Below the pieces are notes generated by a model. It had not been told where the DNA came from and did no database searches. It was given only the letters and a program-made list of their open reading frames with translations. From Nemertoderma westbladi (Eukaryota; Animalia; Xenacoelomorpha), in the NCBI GenBank assembly GCA_032718475.1, contig JAUCBJ010008261.1:55372-119371 (forward strand): a stretch of 64,000 bases of DNA, read 5' to 3'. Positions 63,076 through 64,000 of the stretch are shown here, in pieces (position 1 is the stretch's first letter; each line of letters opens with the position of its first letter). The position numbers and the translations under genes are program-made.

Positions 63076-64000
63076 CTGCAGCATAACATAGATTTTTTAA
63101 ATTAATTAAAGTTTAAGAGGAAAGACCACCACATAAAATTAAAGAACATCATAATATGAAAGAGACAGGATAGGTGGGATACCCAGCAAACAGATAATAG
63201 TAAGCTATGGCAGTGAAAAAAATCCTTGTGAATCGAATTTTTTATAATAGTCATCCACAGGAAATTGTATTCTCTCTCAGGAAATGGCGATTCATATCCT
63301 CAGATTACAATGTGAATTCTGTCTTCTTATTTATGCATGATTCTGATTATTAGATTACAAGGTCATAACAGATCTACTTTTCTGACAACCAGAGGAAAAC
63401 AAGGTAGGCGTTCCCATGGACGACTGGCTATGACATTTATAGACCAACTTGAAAGGCATACTGACTGCACTGAATTTGTAGTATTTTATTTCGGAAATGA
63501 CTGTCTACTTAGTGAAGGGTTGGAGGAACCGTTGGAAACATTAGAAACCGTGAGAAACTTAACTGACTCATTTATCTTGGCAATCTGGGTACTTATCAGG
63601 AATGGGTGTGATTGCAGAGTGTTGCTACGAAGTGTCAGCTATCCATCCGGTTAATGCCGAATATAAAATTATATACACAGCGAGTGAGGGATGCAAGGAT
63701 AAGCTCATGAAACTATATATGACACAGTCAGCAGTGAGCGCTCACTGGAAATAATAGAATGAATACGAGTCAAGGTATACTTTGGAGTATGCGTCATAGT
63801 CATTATCTTTAAAATTCCAGTCATATTGATTGGAAGATGCATGATCAACTCTGCGGTGGGTATCATCATTATTGTTTCGGTACATAAGCCGGAAGAAACC
63901 ACGGGATTGAGCCCAAAGCAGGACTATCTGTGTGTTGACGAATGGATAGGGTATGTTTGAACTATTGTGAAGTCATGCAGCATCAATACCCATAGCAGGG

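Larger units (their letters stand above)
56567..64000. repeat. Segmental duplication unit 2 (two EGF exons), runs off the window end
   Basis: Colinear with 34931-49316; starts within the YR remnant (HSFRIGA at ~56760). Confidence 0.9.

Overview
AT-rich animal genomic DNA, probably a marine invertebrate (inferred from the TE families present). It consists almost entirely of nested transposable-element debris filling the large introns of one minus-strand host gene. The ORF track misses that gene: six short phase-1 exons (62953-63075, 56984-57106, 43703-43825, 35351-35473, 25184-25309, 11582-11707) each encode one calcium-binding EGF module and splice in frame, and they arose by successive segmental duplications. 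The introns hold RTE, RTE-X, CR1/L2(Crack)-like and CRE-like LINEs, Gypsy, DIRS/Ngaro and possibly BEL remnants, a SINE, and hATm, P/THAP9, piggyBac, Kolobok, MULE-like and Helitron/Helentron elements, many with readable target-site duplications (TSDs) and empty paralogous sites. The standout is the only long intact ORF (26267-30433, 1388 aa). It is a CRE-type restriction-like-endonuclease (RLE) retrotransposon whose single protein carries an N-terminal SENP1/Ulp1-like SUMO protease with a complete catalytic triad and a PHD finger ahead of RT-CCHC-RLE, a candidate self-encoded anti-silencing module. All family assignments come from motif recognition by eye; no searches were run.
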